The position numbers and the translations under genes are program-made. From Pocillopora damicornis (Eukaryota), in assembly GCF_003704095.1 (NCBI RefSeq), contig NW_020846761.1, positions 186,001 to 250,000 of the forward strand: a stretch of 64,000 bases of DNA, in the 5' to 3' direction. Shown here in pieces: positions 12,527 through 27,500 of this stretch; the first letter of the stretch is position 1, and each line of letters starts with the position of its first letter. Under the pieces are notes generated by a model. The model made no database searches and was not told the origin of the DNA. It was given only the letters and a program-made list of their open reading frames with translations.

Positions 12527-15500
12527 TTAATCAGCTAGAAAATCATCGTCATCGTCATTTAAAAGGTCATCATCATCTATATTGAGGTCGTCCTGCGAAC
12601 AGAACAGAAATATGCAACTGTTACAGAGGACTGCAAAATTTAACTTACCAGGAGTAAAAAGTTACTATGAAAAATGTTTAAAGGGGGAGAAATCATAGAA
12701 TTTGTTTTAAAAAATGAAAATAGCATGAAAGTACCGCCGGTGACTTTTGCATCAAATATTCAACAAGAAAGCACCTCGTACTGGACATAAATTGCTTTAA
12801 ATAAAAGACATTGCCGTACGTTCGTGAGTATAAGGAAAAGGTTTGTGTTAAAATACGAAAAAGGAATAACATACTGAGACAAAAACTACCAGATAAAAAA
12901 ATTGTCCCAAAATCAATGCTTTAAAAGGATCTAACTGAAATTTTTATCTCAAATTCAAAGTCAACAATCGGTTGTAAGCTACAGTAGTGGTAATAATAGC
13001 AACAGTTGTAGCCATTAAAATTTTGCACATCACAAAGACTCTGTTCGTTACGTGTCTGACGGAATTAAGATAAGGATCAATAAAACAATAGTAACATTTT
13101 GGGCAACTTACGTCTTCGTCATCGTCCTGACCACCGAAGTCGAAATCGTCGAGTTCGTCTTCGTCCTGTAATGCAAGGTACAGCAGGATTTTTTTCAACT
13201 GTTAATACAAAAGAAATGGACTGGGCATTAACCGAACAGGAGAGAGGGAAAGAGAAAGAATGGAAATCACAAAGGAACAACAATTACATCTAAAAAGAAA
13301 GAAATATTTGTTAATTAGAATAAGAGATACATGTGGATAGAAACCCAGGGACAAACCTAACAACGTTCAGTTTTTCAACCAAACGGAGGGTTGGTAAGGT
13401 CTTTTTCATCCTATTCCCATGCCGCTTTGCGATTAAATATCCTAGTAGCTGGAAGCCCCAACAGAAGATTCGGTATCCGAGAAAAAGTAACAGCCTGGAT
13501 TGTTCAAAAATCAGTGTAACCTACAGTTATAAGTGCCCATTCCAGTCGGCGGGAATGGGGTTTCCAAACAAAGAAGGTCCATCATGTAAAGCAACATGTT
13601 CTTTTACTGCAGAACCTTCTCCCCCTCAAAAAGTGCACCATCTTCTTCGCACAAAAAGACCTGGCTCTCTACCATAGCAATAAAGTATAGTAGTCGCAGT
13701 GTAACCTCTCTCACCTTATCATCCTCGACTGCAGGTTTCGTATCGGCAGCAGGACTTTTCACGGGTTCTTTTTCTACCGCTGGAGGTCTAGCCGCTGGCG
13801 GTCTGTCCGCAGGCGCAGGAGGCGGTGAAGAGTGAGTTGCGGCTGACGATCTGGAAGCCAATGAGGGAGGTGACGGCTCGATTGGTTGGGATGCAGAAGG
13901 TTCACCGAAAGACAAACTTTCTACCGAAGCCTGAAATAAAACCACGTAAATATCTAATGCAAATGACTAAGACAACGAAGGTTTGAAATCGGGACATTAA
14001 ACCGAGGATTTACACAATAAGGAGTTCCGCCATGTTTTGTACACCTTGGCATATTGACCTTTTACACCTCAAAGTTAACACTCATACTCTACACACTGTT
14101 CTCTTTACATTTCTTATGTTACCGACTAGGAGAATTTGTTTGACAATCAGGAGCTTTTTGAACTGGTGATAATTTCCTTTACTATTCGTTTCAAGGGTGA
14201 CACTGTAAGAGGAAATTAGAATCCAGTCACCCTTAGGGCAAGGGGTTAAGCTTAACGTCTGCAGGTTTGTTGGTTGTAATTGCTATTAATTTTCTTTCAT
14301 TTCATTTTCTTCTTGGCTATTCTTAACTCTTCGGTATTGACCCACCATGACAATCTATCACTTAAGGGTCCCCTTTAAAAGATCGTCAGTTTTTTAAGAC
14401 TCAAAAAAGCAAAGTAACATGACAACAATTTAAACCACAAGCTGAAAAAATATCTCACGAGAATTGAGTCCAAGCTTCCATCTTCCTTGGCTGCTTTCAT
14501 TTCTTCAAACACATCACGCTCAGAGTTACTCTATAAATGAAAAAAAATTGCCACACAAATCAAGGTCCCATATTTGCCAGTGTCAACAGAGAGGTAAGCA
14601 CTGTAAAGTCAAACCTTGTAGAAACGGATTCCCGAAACTATAAAAAGCAAGATGCGGAGAAGTTGACACTGGATTTGTCATTGGATGACAAAAAGGTTGC
14701 GAAGATGCGCCTAAAGGGCAATGTAAGAATACAAAGAGCCATTTACCAAAGTAAGTCTGTACACCACGCAAATAATCTTACCGGAACATGCTTATACTGG
14801 GCAGCAGGTTTCATTTGCACTCTTTCCCGCTTCAGAAACTGGAAAAAAATGAGTACAGAGACATTTTTTTCAGAAACTTGAACATTTTCAACAGCAAGCA
14901 GAAAATAGACGTTGACAAAAAACAATAACCTAATTAAGAACATCTGGAAATTGAGAAAAGTCCTTAATCTGACCTGCTCCGCTTGCAAAGCTTCTTGAAA
15001 TTCGGGGAACAGATTCTCATATTCGGAAGGATCTGCCAGAGAATCAGCAGCCTTTTTATTGACTTTCGCTAAATCTTCTTTCCACAATTGGACAATCCTT
15101 AAAACAAAACAAAATGGTAGATATACAGTTAAGGAGTTGTAATATTCCCTTGAGCTGAAAAAAATTATTAACTACTCTTCACGGTCCACTACATGGAGAA
15201 ATCAGATGAAACAAAACTTCTTGTATCATCTCGTCCCACTAAAGATAAACAACCGAATAAATATATAAATCAAATATCATGTAGTCCTAAATATATCTGT
15301 TGAAACTTGATTCACTTCCTTCGCCATCAACATCGACTAGAAAGGCGACAAGCTTCACTTGTGATTACTTTCTGCACTTTTTGTAGTTAGGAGTTTATGT
15401 GATGGAATCGAGCCACTTCAGTTGACTTGCTCCATTCACAAGTGCACCCTTAACAATGGGGATGTTCAGTTGTATCGGGGATTTCTGAAGCAAAACAAGA

Positions 15501-18500
15501 CAGCTACATTGCATCGAAATAATTTTGTGATAATTTTACTATGCATGCAATTGATGTCAAGCAATTATATGTGGTCATGTTTAATATGCGTTCGTAAAGT
15601 AAACAGACTTAATGGAAACTTCCGAGCAGTGCTGTTGTTCCAACTGTTTCTCTTTTGTTTGTAGAGAGCCAAAATTCCGTATTTATTTTGGAAATTTTGA
15701 ACTCTGCGAAGAAACTTACTTTGACACATGGCTTGGTAAGTAAGTGCGAGCCATGAACGCTGCCTCTGGATACCGTCCCGTGCTGCATAGCAACTCAATA
15801 CCTTCTTCCAGCCTGGTGAAATAACAGGGTACATCAGGTAACGGCATAAGTTTTTGGATGAAGATGAGGAGGATATTTGCAATAATAAACACAACTTAAG
15901 CAGCAGTGAAAATTTTAGACTGTGCGGGAGTTTAACCCATGACGCGAACCTCTGTGATACCGATGCCGTGCTCTACAAACTAAGCTACTAAGCCAAGTGG
16001 AAGCTGGTCACTTTATTGCATCGTACACGAGGACGTGCATGACCTGGCGAATTTTTGATTAGCGCACATAGTGAAACCTGCATGACGAAGAGCAGACCTT
16101 CCTTCGTTAGTCTACTCGTCGTGTCTTCGAGCCAGATATTTTTCCCGTCAGTAAGTGCAAATTTCGCTCTGACGATGGGCTAAAGCTCGAAACGTCAGCT
16201 TTTGAAAATTATCACGGTGGCCAATTTATACTATCAACTAAATTGATAACTCAAATTATCTTGTAATACCCTCCACCGACGCAGCACCACAGTTTATTCA
16301 GTAAGTACGTAATCTCTACTCTAACACTTAAGTTCAGCCAATCAATTTTTTTGTAAATACATGTACTCGGCATACATGCACACTGTACATCATTTCGGGC
16401 TCTCTACTTGGATTTTTTTCAAACCCTCCCGAATACAGAACTAAAACATTCAAGTCATAGTTCTGATCGTTCATGCAGTTCAAGAAAACAGACCAATTGG
16501 CAACACTAAGGGGAGCGAGCATTCCCTCTTCCATTTGACTCATCCTTCCTAATTGTAAACCTGAATAACAGGGTAAAAAGACACGTTATCTACCTTCCGA
16601 GAAGGAAATATGCCAAAAAGGCCACGTTGTTCTTGCCCTTGTTAGCAGATGTCTCTGCGAGTCGTAAAATCATGTCAGCATCTCCAGCCGATGTGGCCAG
16701 TAATAGCAAGCCTCCGAAATCCTGTGCGTTTATCAGACACTCCTGAGCCAATTGGAACTGACACTTGGAGATGGCCAGCTCTGCCAGCTGCTTCCACTTG
16801 TGCTCACTCTGGAAGAAACAAAGAAAATCAATTCATCGCAATTTACATGTATATCGGACAAAATGTATTAAAACAGAGCGAGTCTCACGGTTATCTTTGC
16901 AGTTTGGTGCACTTACACAGAACGAGAATGACTAAATTATTGGTAAAAGATGTGACACTGAAGAAGGAACAAATATTGCCTGATGAAATCTCCTTCCACA
17001 TACTCTTTTTGTTATAAGGGTTTTTAACTCAATGCATTGGCATCACAAGGAGATGTTGTATTAAATTAACTTCGGAATTGCTTAAAAACTGTACTAAGCC
17101 AGGTCAGGACAAAAAAAAAAAAATTGTAAAGTTTACCTCAGCTTCAGAAGCAATCTCATAAGCAATCTTCAGTTCTGAAAGTTGTATTGCCAGATCAAAC
17201 CTGATAGAGAGAAACAATATTAAAATCAATCTTCATTATACCCTTCCTTCCCGTCAACTTATGATTGACTGGCACAGTAATTCTCATGGATCTCAAAATT
17301 ACCTTTATTCATAAAGACATTCCTAACATCAAATTTTCAACTTAGTCAATAATCTATTAAGTGAAAGGAATACGCTACAGGTGGCACATTTTAAAGTGGT
17401 CTAAAGAAGCACCCTGCGTTCTATCCTTAGGGTCCAATGTGATTGGTTACCACCATGTCGCTATGGCTTTCTCTCTTCACCTTCATTTAAAATTGCTCTT
17501 AATACTCATTGCCATGGAAAATGCATTGCATTTTAAATAAAACAAAATTAAAAGAAAACGAATCAGTGGTTCGAAAGAAGAGTAGTCACCTGTGTTCTGG
17601 GTCACAGGACACTGCCAGAGCTTGCTGCTTGAAACCTTGTTTCTCTAAAAAGTGAGCCACACGGTTTCGTTGTTCTCGCGGAATGGTGGGAAGAACCTAG
17701 ATAAAAAAAAAAAAAAGAACAGAATTGCTTAGGCCACCACGCCTCCATCCAAAACAGTGACAGAAGAACCACACAGACCTGCATCATGACACAACAGAAA
17801 ATATCACAATACCTCCAGAATTATTTAGCCTGCATTTTCAGTATAAAAAAGAGGTGTTAAAGGAAGGGGGTGAGAGGATTTGAGAACAAAGTGCAATCAT
17901 AAGAATCTGTTACAAACGCTCGTGCCTCACACTTAATGAACGCTCCCTCTTCTACCTCCTTGTAAGGCAGCCAAGCAGGCTATACTTTCTCAGAACATCA
18001 AGGGTTGGGGGACGCGTTCAATGGCCAGTATAAGACTGTACCTGTTTTGCTGTGTCAAAGTCTTCCCTCATCACGGCTGTCTGGTATTCCAGGACTGACA
18101 GGAGCAGGGAGTAACCCACAACATTCATGTCTTTGTCACTTAGATAAAGCCTGTTGTCTTTGGGTATGTAACCAAGGAGGTACATGGTCCTGAGAAGTAA
18201 AGATGTAATCACAGAATAAACCACAAGAAGACCCAGGCCCTCATCATTTGCACTGCAGCACTAGCGCTTTTTCCCTCCCATGGAAGTTTGAGGCCTGGAG
18301 CAAAGCGAGCTAACCAAAGCTCTGCAAGGGGTCTGGCAGTCATTATTTGCGCCAGAGCCCTTGCAAACCTCTCGCTGGCAAGCTTTGCCAAACAACTCAA
18401 ACTTCGTCAAGGACAAAGAAACACTTGTGCTACAGCGCTGATAATGGTCTGCTTGTAGGCCAAATCAGAAACCTGTATGCATGCATGAAAAGTTTCAAAA

Positions 18501-21500
18501 CATTTCCTTGTCATGTACAGTATGTTGCATACGAGTTGATGATAACGTTAAGTGATCAAACATGTTCAGAAAAAAAAATCTCTCATTTGCCCTTGGAACA
18601 TTATACAAAGATATGAACAAACCTGTCTAAGTGGGCAATGGTGACAATTTCACCTCCAACATAGTAATTCAAACGATTCACAGCATTGGTGTAGATGAAA
18701 CAGTCTCCAACCCAAATACCAGTCTTCACAGTATCCTCTATTTCGCCACAAACCTAAAACAAAAATAGTAAATGGACGGTTCCTACATCAACTGATTTTT
18801 AAGTACACAACAATTACATGAACACTGTGCAAGTTGAAACATGTTCTCTTCATATGATTTCAGCTAAAAAAAAGTAGAACAATACAGAACAAAATGGATG
18901 GCTCTTGCATCAGCTGATATTTCAAGTACATGTAACAGTTATATGTTGAGATATCTGTTCTACAAAGGCAATGTAAGCCTGCAGCAAAGCAACAATAAAC
19001 AAACATTTTTAATGCTTCCTCAACATCTCACAATCAACAACTGAGTGTTAATCTTACATCAAAAGCATCCTCAATGCCATCTTCAGTAATGGACTCTGGA
19101 TTTTCCTGAGCTTTGGCAACATTCTCAGCGACATACTTCAGAATGAAGAAGGACTCATCTGTGGCTATGCAGCACAGCTCACCACTATCGGCCCAATAAA
19201 TCTAAAATGAACATGCACAGTGCAGTGAGACATGAAAGTTACATGTATATTCACACTTCCTTGCTGTATCATGAACTTTATGATTATTGACATGAACACG
19301 CACAACTGAACCAATAATTTGCACAAAATNNNNNNNNNNNNNNNNNNNNNNNNNNNNNNNNNNNNNNNNNNNNNNNNNNNNNNNNNNNNNNNNNNNNNNN
19401 NNNNNNNNNNNNNNNNNNNNNNNNNNNNNNNNNNNNNNNNNNNNNNNNNNNNNNNNNNNNNNNNNNNNNNNNNNNNNNNNNGAGCAAATAGAGGAATTGT
19501 AGGTTGTGTGTGGTTTACATACAGAAAGATGGAGCTACTCTATTGGTGGGAACATCATAAAATGAAAACCAAAAGAATAAATAAGTTGAATGCAATTTAT
19601 AGTCTATGATATCTAGAAGAATATTCATATAATTTAGTTTAAAAGAACAACTTCAGTTCAGTAAAGAAGTAAAGTGTTCCCTTTAGTGCACATCTTTTCT
19701 TCTGGACGGTGAAAATTAAACAACTTACATTCTTTGGCTGAATTTCAATCCTACGGACAAGATCTGTGCTCTCCCAGTCAAAGAAAGCTAATCCACCAAC
19801 CGACTTGACTCCAAGAAGATGACCACCAAATATGTCTGATGTAAAAATTAATAAATTGTGTAAGTTATGAAGGTCATTAATACAAGTGTACAGCTGTATG
19901 GGAGAGGACCCTATGATAGGATTCTGAAAACATGGTTGTCAGAAATGAGCTACAGTAGCACTCAAAAGTAAGTGGGCAGTTTCTCAAATCAAGATCCTAA
20001 ATACTTTAAGACTTCAGTAATCAAATAGAATTGTTCCCTTGAAACTGCAGATTGAGATCGTTCTCAATCCTCTATTACTGATCCTCAATCCTCCATCTTC
20101 TATTCTATATCCTTGATTCTCAATCCTCAAGCGTTGATTCTCAATTCTGCAATCTCTCATGTTTCACGAGGTCCCACTCAGATCAAGTTTGACTGCACAT
20201 ACATGTACATATACATTGTGGTGACACAATGAGTTGCTCAGGGAATTTGGGAGGTTCAAACAGAACACATGCTACACTTACTTTCTGCACCAAACTCAGG
20301 TTTGAATGACTTCCTTTCCTTAAAATTTTTAAAGATCTTGATTTTGTTTCCATCTCTTATGGCATACCTAAAAATGGAAAATACATAAATGTAACTATAA
20401 AATAAACAGTATCTTTAAATTCACCCTTTTAGCAACCAATCACTGTATGGTCGAGCCTTCCACAAAGAAGTCAGTTTCTTCCACATCAGGGCAATATGTA
20501 AACAGTCTAACTTTAAAATAGTAAAAGCAGTCTTAAGGTTTAGAGTTCACTTAAGTTAAACAAATCCTTTTACCAAAAGCCTGGTAGGTTTCATTGGGCT
20601 TCTTTCTTCTTTTAAAGTTAAATAACATCACCCTTAAAAAGGTTACTATAAATGTAGACACACTACATATGCTAAGTGGAATCTACATGTACTGGAACCA
20701 GTTGAACAATGTTATTAATGAAACAATTAATTTTAAATTTTCACACAATCAAGAAACAGAAAATTAATGTACATAAATTTCATGTCTTATACAAAACAGG
20801 CCACAGAACATTACATACTCAGATGAATCAGAAGCCCAAACAAATTCCTGTGCTGATCCAAAACTCTTATTCCTCAGTGCCATTGCTGTGTAAATAATGT
20901 ACTCTCCATCACCACAAACAACAACAAATCTGCAAAAGAAAATTAATCAATAAACATTAAGTACAAATTACATTGCCAACATGTTACACTGATCACCTTG
21001 GCTTTGGAATTCGACAAATTAATTATTGTACCTTCCATTTGGATTGTGGGACAATGTCTGGGGGAACATCTCACATGGCCCCATGTCTTTGATTGCCAGA
21101 GGAAGACGTTCACCATCTTTAACATCATAATCTGAAAAAAAAAAAAAAGAAATAATAAAAAGTTTGATCACTCATAAATATTTTACTATGGTTTATTAAG
21201 TGTTTGGTTTAAGAATAACCACAGAAAACAAAGTGGAGACATGGATAAACACTTTTCCCAGCATGCAACACCAAAGCATAACAGTTACATGTTTGTAAAC
21301 AATAATATTTGCTTGAAGCCATTCAGTCTCTCAGTAATATATACTGTATATTTTAAAATTGTTTTTGCTTATGACAGGGTCTGTGTTGAATGATGATATA
21401 GTTAAGAATTCAACTCCCAAAAGTGATTAAGAAGTAACTTCTCCCAAAAAAATCCAAACAATATCCTGCAAACAGGTAATAAGAATACTTAAACTTATCA

Positions 21501-24500
21501 GTTACATGCAGAAGTTGTTATCCTGATATAACACCAAATCATTGAAACTAATTTACAAGCAAATGTGTAGCAACTGGAGGGAAGGATTGAGGATTAATAT
21601 AAAATCATTTGTTACAGACCACACTCAAATGCCAGTTCACATTACATGAAAAAAAACTACCAAATAATACAGAGCGCATACAACTGTTCCAAATGCTCAT
21701 GTTAAAACTTACCAGCCACATTTTTCAGGTTAGCCTGTTGAATTTCACTGTGCTTGGCAAATATGATTTTACCATTGGAATCCATAGACATGGCAGGCTC
21801 TTCCCGGCCAAGCTAAAGGTAAAGAGAATCCACAACTTTGAACCCACACTAACCCCAAATATCTAAATAACAGATTTCTGTACTGTCAGTCATACAACTC
21901 TAATAATCTTACCACTGATAATTTGGTATTTGATAAGAAAGTCGTTCCCTAATTGATGTTTTTCTTACTCCTCACCAGCTGTAAGTTTTCAGATGCAAAT
22001 GTACATGTTTGTATTTATCTTGCCCATCAGTAAAGTAGGATACAAACCTTGATAAGAATGCTTCCTTCATCATATCCAAGTGCAACATTGTTTGAGCCTT
22101 TAAGCATAGCCATGCTCCAAACTCTTTCTAGACCATAGTTAAGGGTGCTCTCCAGGCGGTATGTATTGGCTTGCCAAATGCGCACAGTACCTTTGGTAAT
22201 GATAGGAATTACATTCAGTTTACATATACACATCCAAAATCTGATGAATTAGTGTTTAACCACATTGAAAACAGTCAAGTTATCAACACTTCCATTTTTA
22301 ACAGTAACCATCCATCATCTTACTGACACGCAGAAGAAACAAGATTGTTACATGTGTATATATATAGCTGAACATACCATCCTCTGAGCCAGTCAAAATG
22401 ATTGGCAATTCTGGGTGAAAACCAACACAAGAGATGTTCTGAGCATGTCCCTCAAGTGTTTGAACACAAGTTTTATTCTGAAATGCACAAAAAAAAAATC
22501 AGTCACTGCTTTAATCAATATACACTGTAAAACTATCCTCCACAGACAAAAGTAAAGGACAAGAAAAGAAAAACCTTTGCACTACAAGATACATGTTTAG
22601 AGAGTCATTAACAAGTATTACATGATAGTGTAATTAACTTAAAAGCCATTACTCACAGTGCCATAGGGATATAGAGAAGTTGAACGAAAGAAAAGGAAAG
22701 AACTACATGCCTCACATATTTAACTCTTTAACCCAAAAGCATGACCAGCACCTAATTATTCCTTACAGTATAGCTGCTGAACCAAACATTCAGGTCATGC
22801 AAATAAAACCAATCTTGATTGTTAAATACATTCCCCTTGTCTGTACCAAAGGTAATGAATAGAGTATAGTATGGAGATTTAAGCATTTTGATACTAGGAT
22901 ACAATTGTGCATGTAAAAGGTTATGGTAAAACAACCAAGAAAAGAAGAATTAAAAGAAAACAAATATTTACCTGGTAGTCCCATATTTTCACAAGTCTGT
23001 CATCAGCACCAGAAATAAGATAGGGCTTCTCTCCTCCATGAAAATAGTCCACACAATTTACTCCCTGATAAGAGAAAATTTACAGTTTGTTAAAACAACA
23101 AAAAGCAGAGTTTTAAAAACGTGATAGACACATATACATGTACATAATTTATGTGTAATAATACAAATTGCAACAATCAGCAGGAGTAAAATTCAAAATA
23201 CAATTTAAATAATAAAGGAACATAAAAGTAAAATACATACACTGTAAATATATATTTAATTCTTGCTTACACTACCTTTTCATGACCCTCCAGAGTGAAG
23301 TTTGGCGTGTTGGAACCCAGCTGCCATACCTGTGGTAACAAAACAAAGCAAATGTGTTAATAAAGCTGCGTGTACCAGCATAGAAAGGAAACTCTGCTGT
23401 CATTAACTTTAACTGCATGTGTCCTCTTTATGTTAATATAACCCTTTCACAAAGGCAACAACTTGCTGCTATGTCCTCAATCTTAGTAAAAAATTTGGAG
23501 TTTGAAATCACCTCAAAACATTTTGCACAGCATTCAGTACACCTACCTTGATTGTTCGGTCGAGAGAAGCACTAGCAAACTGGTTATTATCCTTGGGATT
23601 GATGACGATCTGCATCACATAATGGGTGTGCCCCTCAAACACTTGACTACATTGCCACTTCTTGTCCCAGTCCCAAAGTTTGATCAACATGTCATCTATG
23701 AGAGATAAGAAGCAAGAAGATTATAAGAAAAAAAACCAAAACAAAAACAGGAGCTCTTTTCATCTGTAAACAACCAATAAACATGCGTCAAGGGAGGTAC
23801 ATGGATAATACAAGTGAAAAATAATTGAGAAAAGTGTTCAATCCAGGTGTAACCCTTTCACTCCCACAAGTGACCAAGGCAGAATTTCTCCTTACAATAT
23901 CTAAACAATATCAAGCAGGTAGGTGATGAGAACAGAGAAGAATATCAATTATGGGATCATTAGTTGATCCAATACCAAATTCTCTGAACTAACATCATAA
24001 GAATTGTAAAGCAGATAGTAAGGAGAATTATCAATTAGATCTTGGGAGTGAAAGGTTTAATGCAAAGTAAAATAGAAAGGAGAGAATGATCCACTTCCTT
24101 CCAAAATGCCTCCATCAACTTTAGGGATTAGATCAAGGGAGAAAGTTAAAAGAAAATTCACTTCAAGAGGGAAAATTAAAGCTCAGCTGGTATGTTTAAT
24201 CCTTTTAATTCCAAAATCAGAATGATGAGTATTTCTCCACATCCCTTTGTAGGCCTCTCCTGAAAATACAACATTACCATATATCCTATCGAGAAATCCT
24301 CTTATTGATTTATTTTTTTTACTCTTCATCTGGCATGAACAAAACATTAGAAAGAGAGTTTACAAGCTGAGCACTGCTGGGGGAACCAAGGGAACTTTTT
24401 CTACTCACCACTGCTTGTTAGAACATATGGCTGAGTTGGATGGACAGCAATTGAGCGCAAGTAATCGGAATGAGCTTCAAAGCCATGAACCTGTAAAAAG

Positions 24501-27500
24501 GATTGCTCTGTTACATGAACGAAAAATTCATTGGAGAAAATTCAAACAGGTAGATGAACAGATACACTCTGTATATACTATACATGTAGGCCACCTTAAA
24601 TAAATACTATGACATTCTTTGATATGCAGTTTTGGGTGGTAGATTATACAATGTAATTTTTAATGTACATGTATCAACATGCAATCATGTTTTGCTCTGT
24701 ATTCTGTCTTCTTTTCACTCTGAATTACCTTCTCCAGGGTGTTGTAGTTAAAAACTCTCAGCATCATGTCATCCTACAAAAAATAATAGTTGAATCACTG
24801 GTTATTGAAAGAAGTACTCAGAAGTACAATATAAGCAAAGAACACAGAATGACACAACATTTGCTTGGAAACAACATTAGGATCATATTTAAAAGCGACT
24901 TTAAAAAGATTATAAAAAAAAAAACATGGATATGAATAGTACTGTAGAAAATTACTGGAGAGTTCAAAAGCAAAGGAAGCTAAATGAAATCATATACTTA
25001 CAGATCCAGTCACCACCCAATTTTTTCTTGGGACAAATTTAGAAGTACGCACTGCAAAAAAAAAAAAACAAATAATACATTACAATACACTCATTATAAC
25101 TGGGTTACATATTATAGAAGCCTTGAGAAGGTAATTCTTCTGAGCAAATAAAGCTGTGTGTTCATTTTTTACAGAAGTATTGAGAAATATATTAAACCCT
25201 TCAGGTTGTGAAATTAATTTTTTTTTTCAGACAGCCGCTTGGCTCCTAAATTTTTCAAAGTGGTTGCCAATTCAAAAAAAGTTGGTCACCATTTTTAAAG
25301 ACAAACAAAAACTTTTTTTACGCTGCCAGCGTTCTAGATAGACCCTCCAAAATGAGTATCGGTAATCACATGATTTCGAGTGCAATTTGGAATATATAAG
25401 CATGAGTAAATTTTTTTAAAGACTAACATAATTATGGGAGCCAGTTGGGCGAGTGCAATTTGTGGTCTTTGAAAAAATTAACAACTGCTTATTTGTTCCA
25501 AATTGCACAAGAAAAATCTTGTGATTATGTGTTAATAATAAACATGAAAAAATACAAGATAGCTTAACACAATTAAGCATCAAGTGCAAAAATAATTTAT
25601 TCAAACCTTGCGTTCAGTCAGAACAACCGCATTCAATCAAGACAATAATATGCAAAGATATCTTCACATCTTTAGGGTACAAAAAAGTTCAAAGTCTGGC
25701 TAAACAGTTCAAGGAATTGTAAAATCTGTGTCTGAATCACTTTTGATGAAATGGAATCGTCGTTTCCGAGGTTTAACCATGTTTGTTTTTAATTTTAGCA
25801 TTGGATTGCTCAAGCAAAGTGTTATGCTGGGTCACTTCATAATTTTCAATTTCCTTGGAAATTCCCTTCTCTAAACACCACTTTTTCCAAACCGACAACA
25901 AAAAAGCAGTGCTTTTTAAGGTGTTTTCCTAGTTTGAGCTGTTTTTCAGCTGCGGTGGCGAAAGAAAACCTACCTAAAACGCCGGCCATTGTTTCACTCG
26001 CAAATTTTCAAATTTTGTTGGGACATCCAAGGCTCACATTTGATTGGCTGTTTGTGAGTTTCTTTGATTGTTGACCAATCAGAATGTCTGATTTGTTGCT
26101 TTCTTTACACTGAATTAACCCTCTTATGCACTGAATTACATGAACACTGCATTTATCTTAACCAATCAGAACTGAGTAATTTTTCCATGTATATTATTAA
26201 GTTAGAAAAAAACATATTAACATGCTACAAAGTGGACACTAGGATGGATGATATACAACATTCAAGTTCTCCTAAATCCAAGATGGCTTCTACTTATCAA
26301 TCAAGATGCGTGTGCTGCATTTTGGAAACAAACTTAACAAGGAAGTTTGCCACGGATTTATCTTTGGAAATCTTTTTAATTCACTATATATCTAGGTAAG
26401 GTTATGATAAAGAATTCTAGTCACCAATTTGGCGACTAATTTTCAGGATTTGGTTGCCAAAGTGAAAAATTTTGTCACATTGGTGCCTGTATTATGTGCA
26501 ATTCCACACCCTGCCCTTTTTACAGTAATCTACTCAAAAACAGATGTCTATGCAACTTCTAATATATAATAAGCATAGTCAAAGAGAAGAAAATATTCTG
26601 GATTTATATTTACTGTATCAAAAGTCATACCTGGCAGGTCAGTAACTTCAAATGTCTTGACCAATGTCTGTGACTCAAAGTTCCACACATGCACATTACC
26701 ATTATACAAACTTGCCAGCATCCATGGTTCAGTTGGATGGACATCTACACACTTGACTCGGTCAGACCGAGCAGAGAGCTTACGCTGTAAACAAGAGGAT
26801 AACTAGTGAGCCCTGTTTATAACCACCATACATTTACAGCATAAGTTACCTGAGGCACAAGATAGACACAACAATAAAAAAATAACACTATGCAAACACT
26901 GTACATGTAAATGTTTTGAAATAGTAGGGTAGCAATTGCTCGAGACATATTACAGTAGCACAAACTACAACATAGCATGGCAGAAATCACTTCTACTGGT
27001 AAAAACAAAGACCTTGAACATAGATTTCTAATCATGCCAAAAACTAATGAGCAGAATTGCAAACTTTTAAGCTCCATCATATGTCAGGAACCCTCTTAAT
27101 TAATGCAAACCCTCTTGAAAAGAGAATAGGAGTTTTCTGGTAATCGAAACACTCAATGTTGAAAGCTGAACCCAAGGTGTATTTTCTACATATTTTTATG
27201 CCTTATCAATCCTGACAATTTACTGTAAAGCTGTCGAGACAACTTGCAACCGACTTGCTCTAAGGAATAAGATCTTATCACATTATTTCCCCAGTTTACC
27301 TTGTTAAGATCTATTTTAAAAAGGCAAGATGGCAACAGGAGAGCCAGGGAATACGATCAGGGGCCGAAAATTTCAGAAATAAATGACTGCACATTCCCTA
27401 GAACTTACTTGGACACTCGCTTGGACATTAAGCTTATGTACCCTACGCAATGACACGGAAATTGAACACAAACTAAAGATAAAGGATATTATTTGTCACT

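Noticed and set aside
13604-13714. In-frame extension of the COPB2 Pro-rich exon (VREVTL...GEKVLQ)
   Set aside because: A good donor at 13714 and downstream acidic exons give a better C-terminus; an alternative exon cannot be excluded without RNA data.
14286-14354. Possible alternative terminal COPB2 exon [22 protein letters not shown]-stop
   Set aside because: The acceptor lacks a pyrimidine tract; no other support.
15880-16013. Functional tRNA gene
   Set aside because: Degenerate B-box, an insertion in the body and no closed acceptor stem; better explained as a SINE head.
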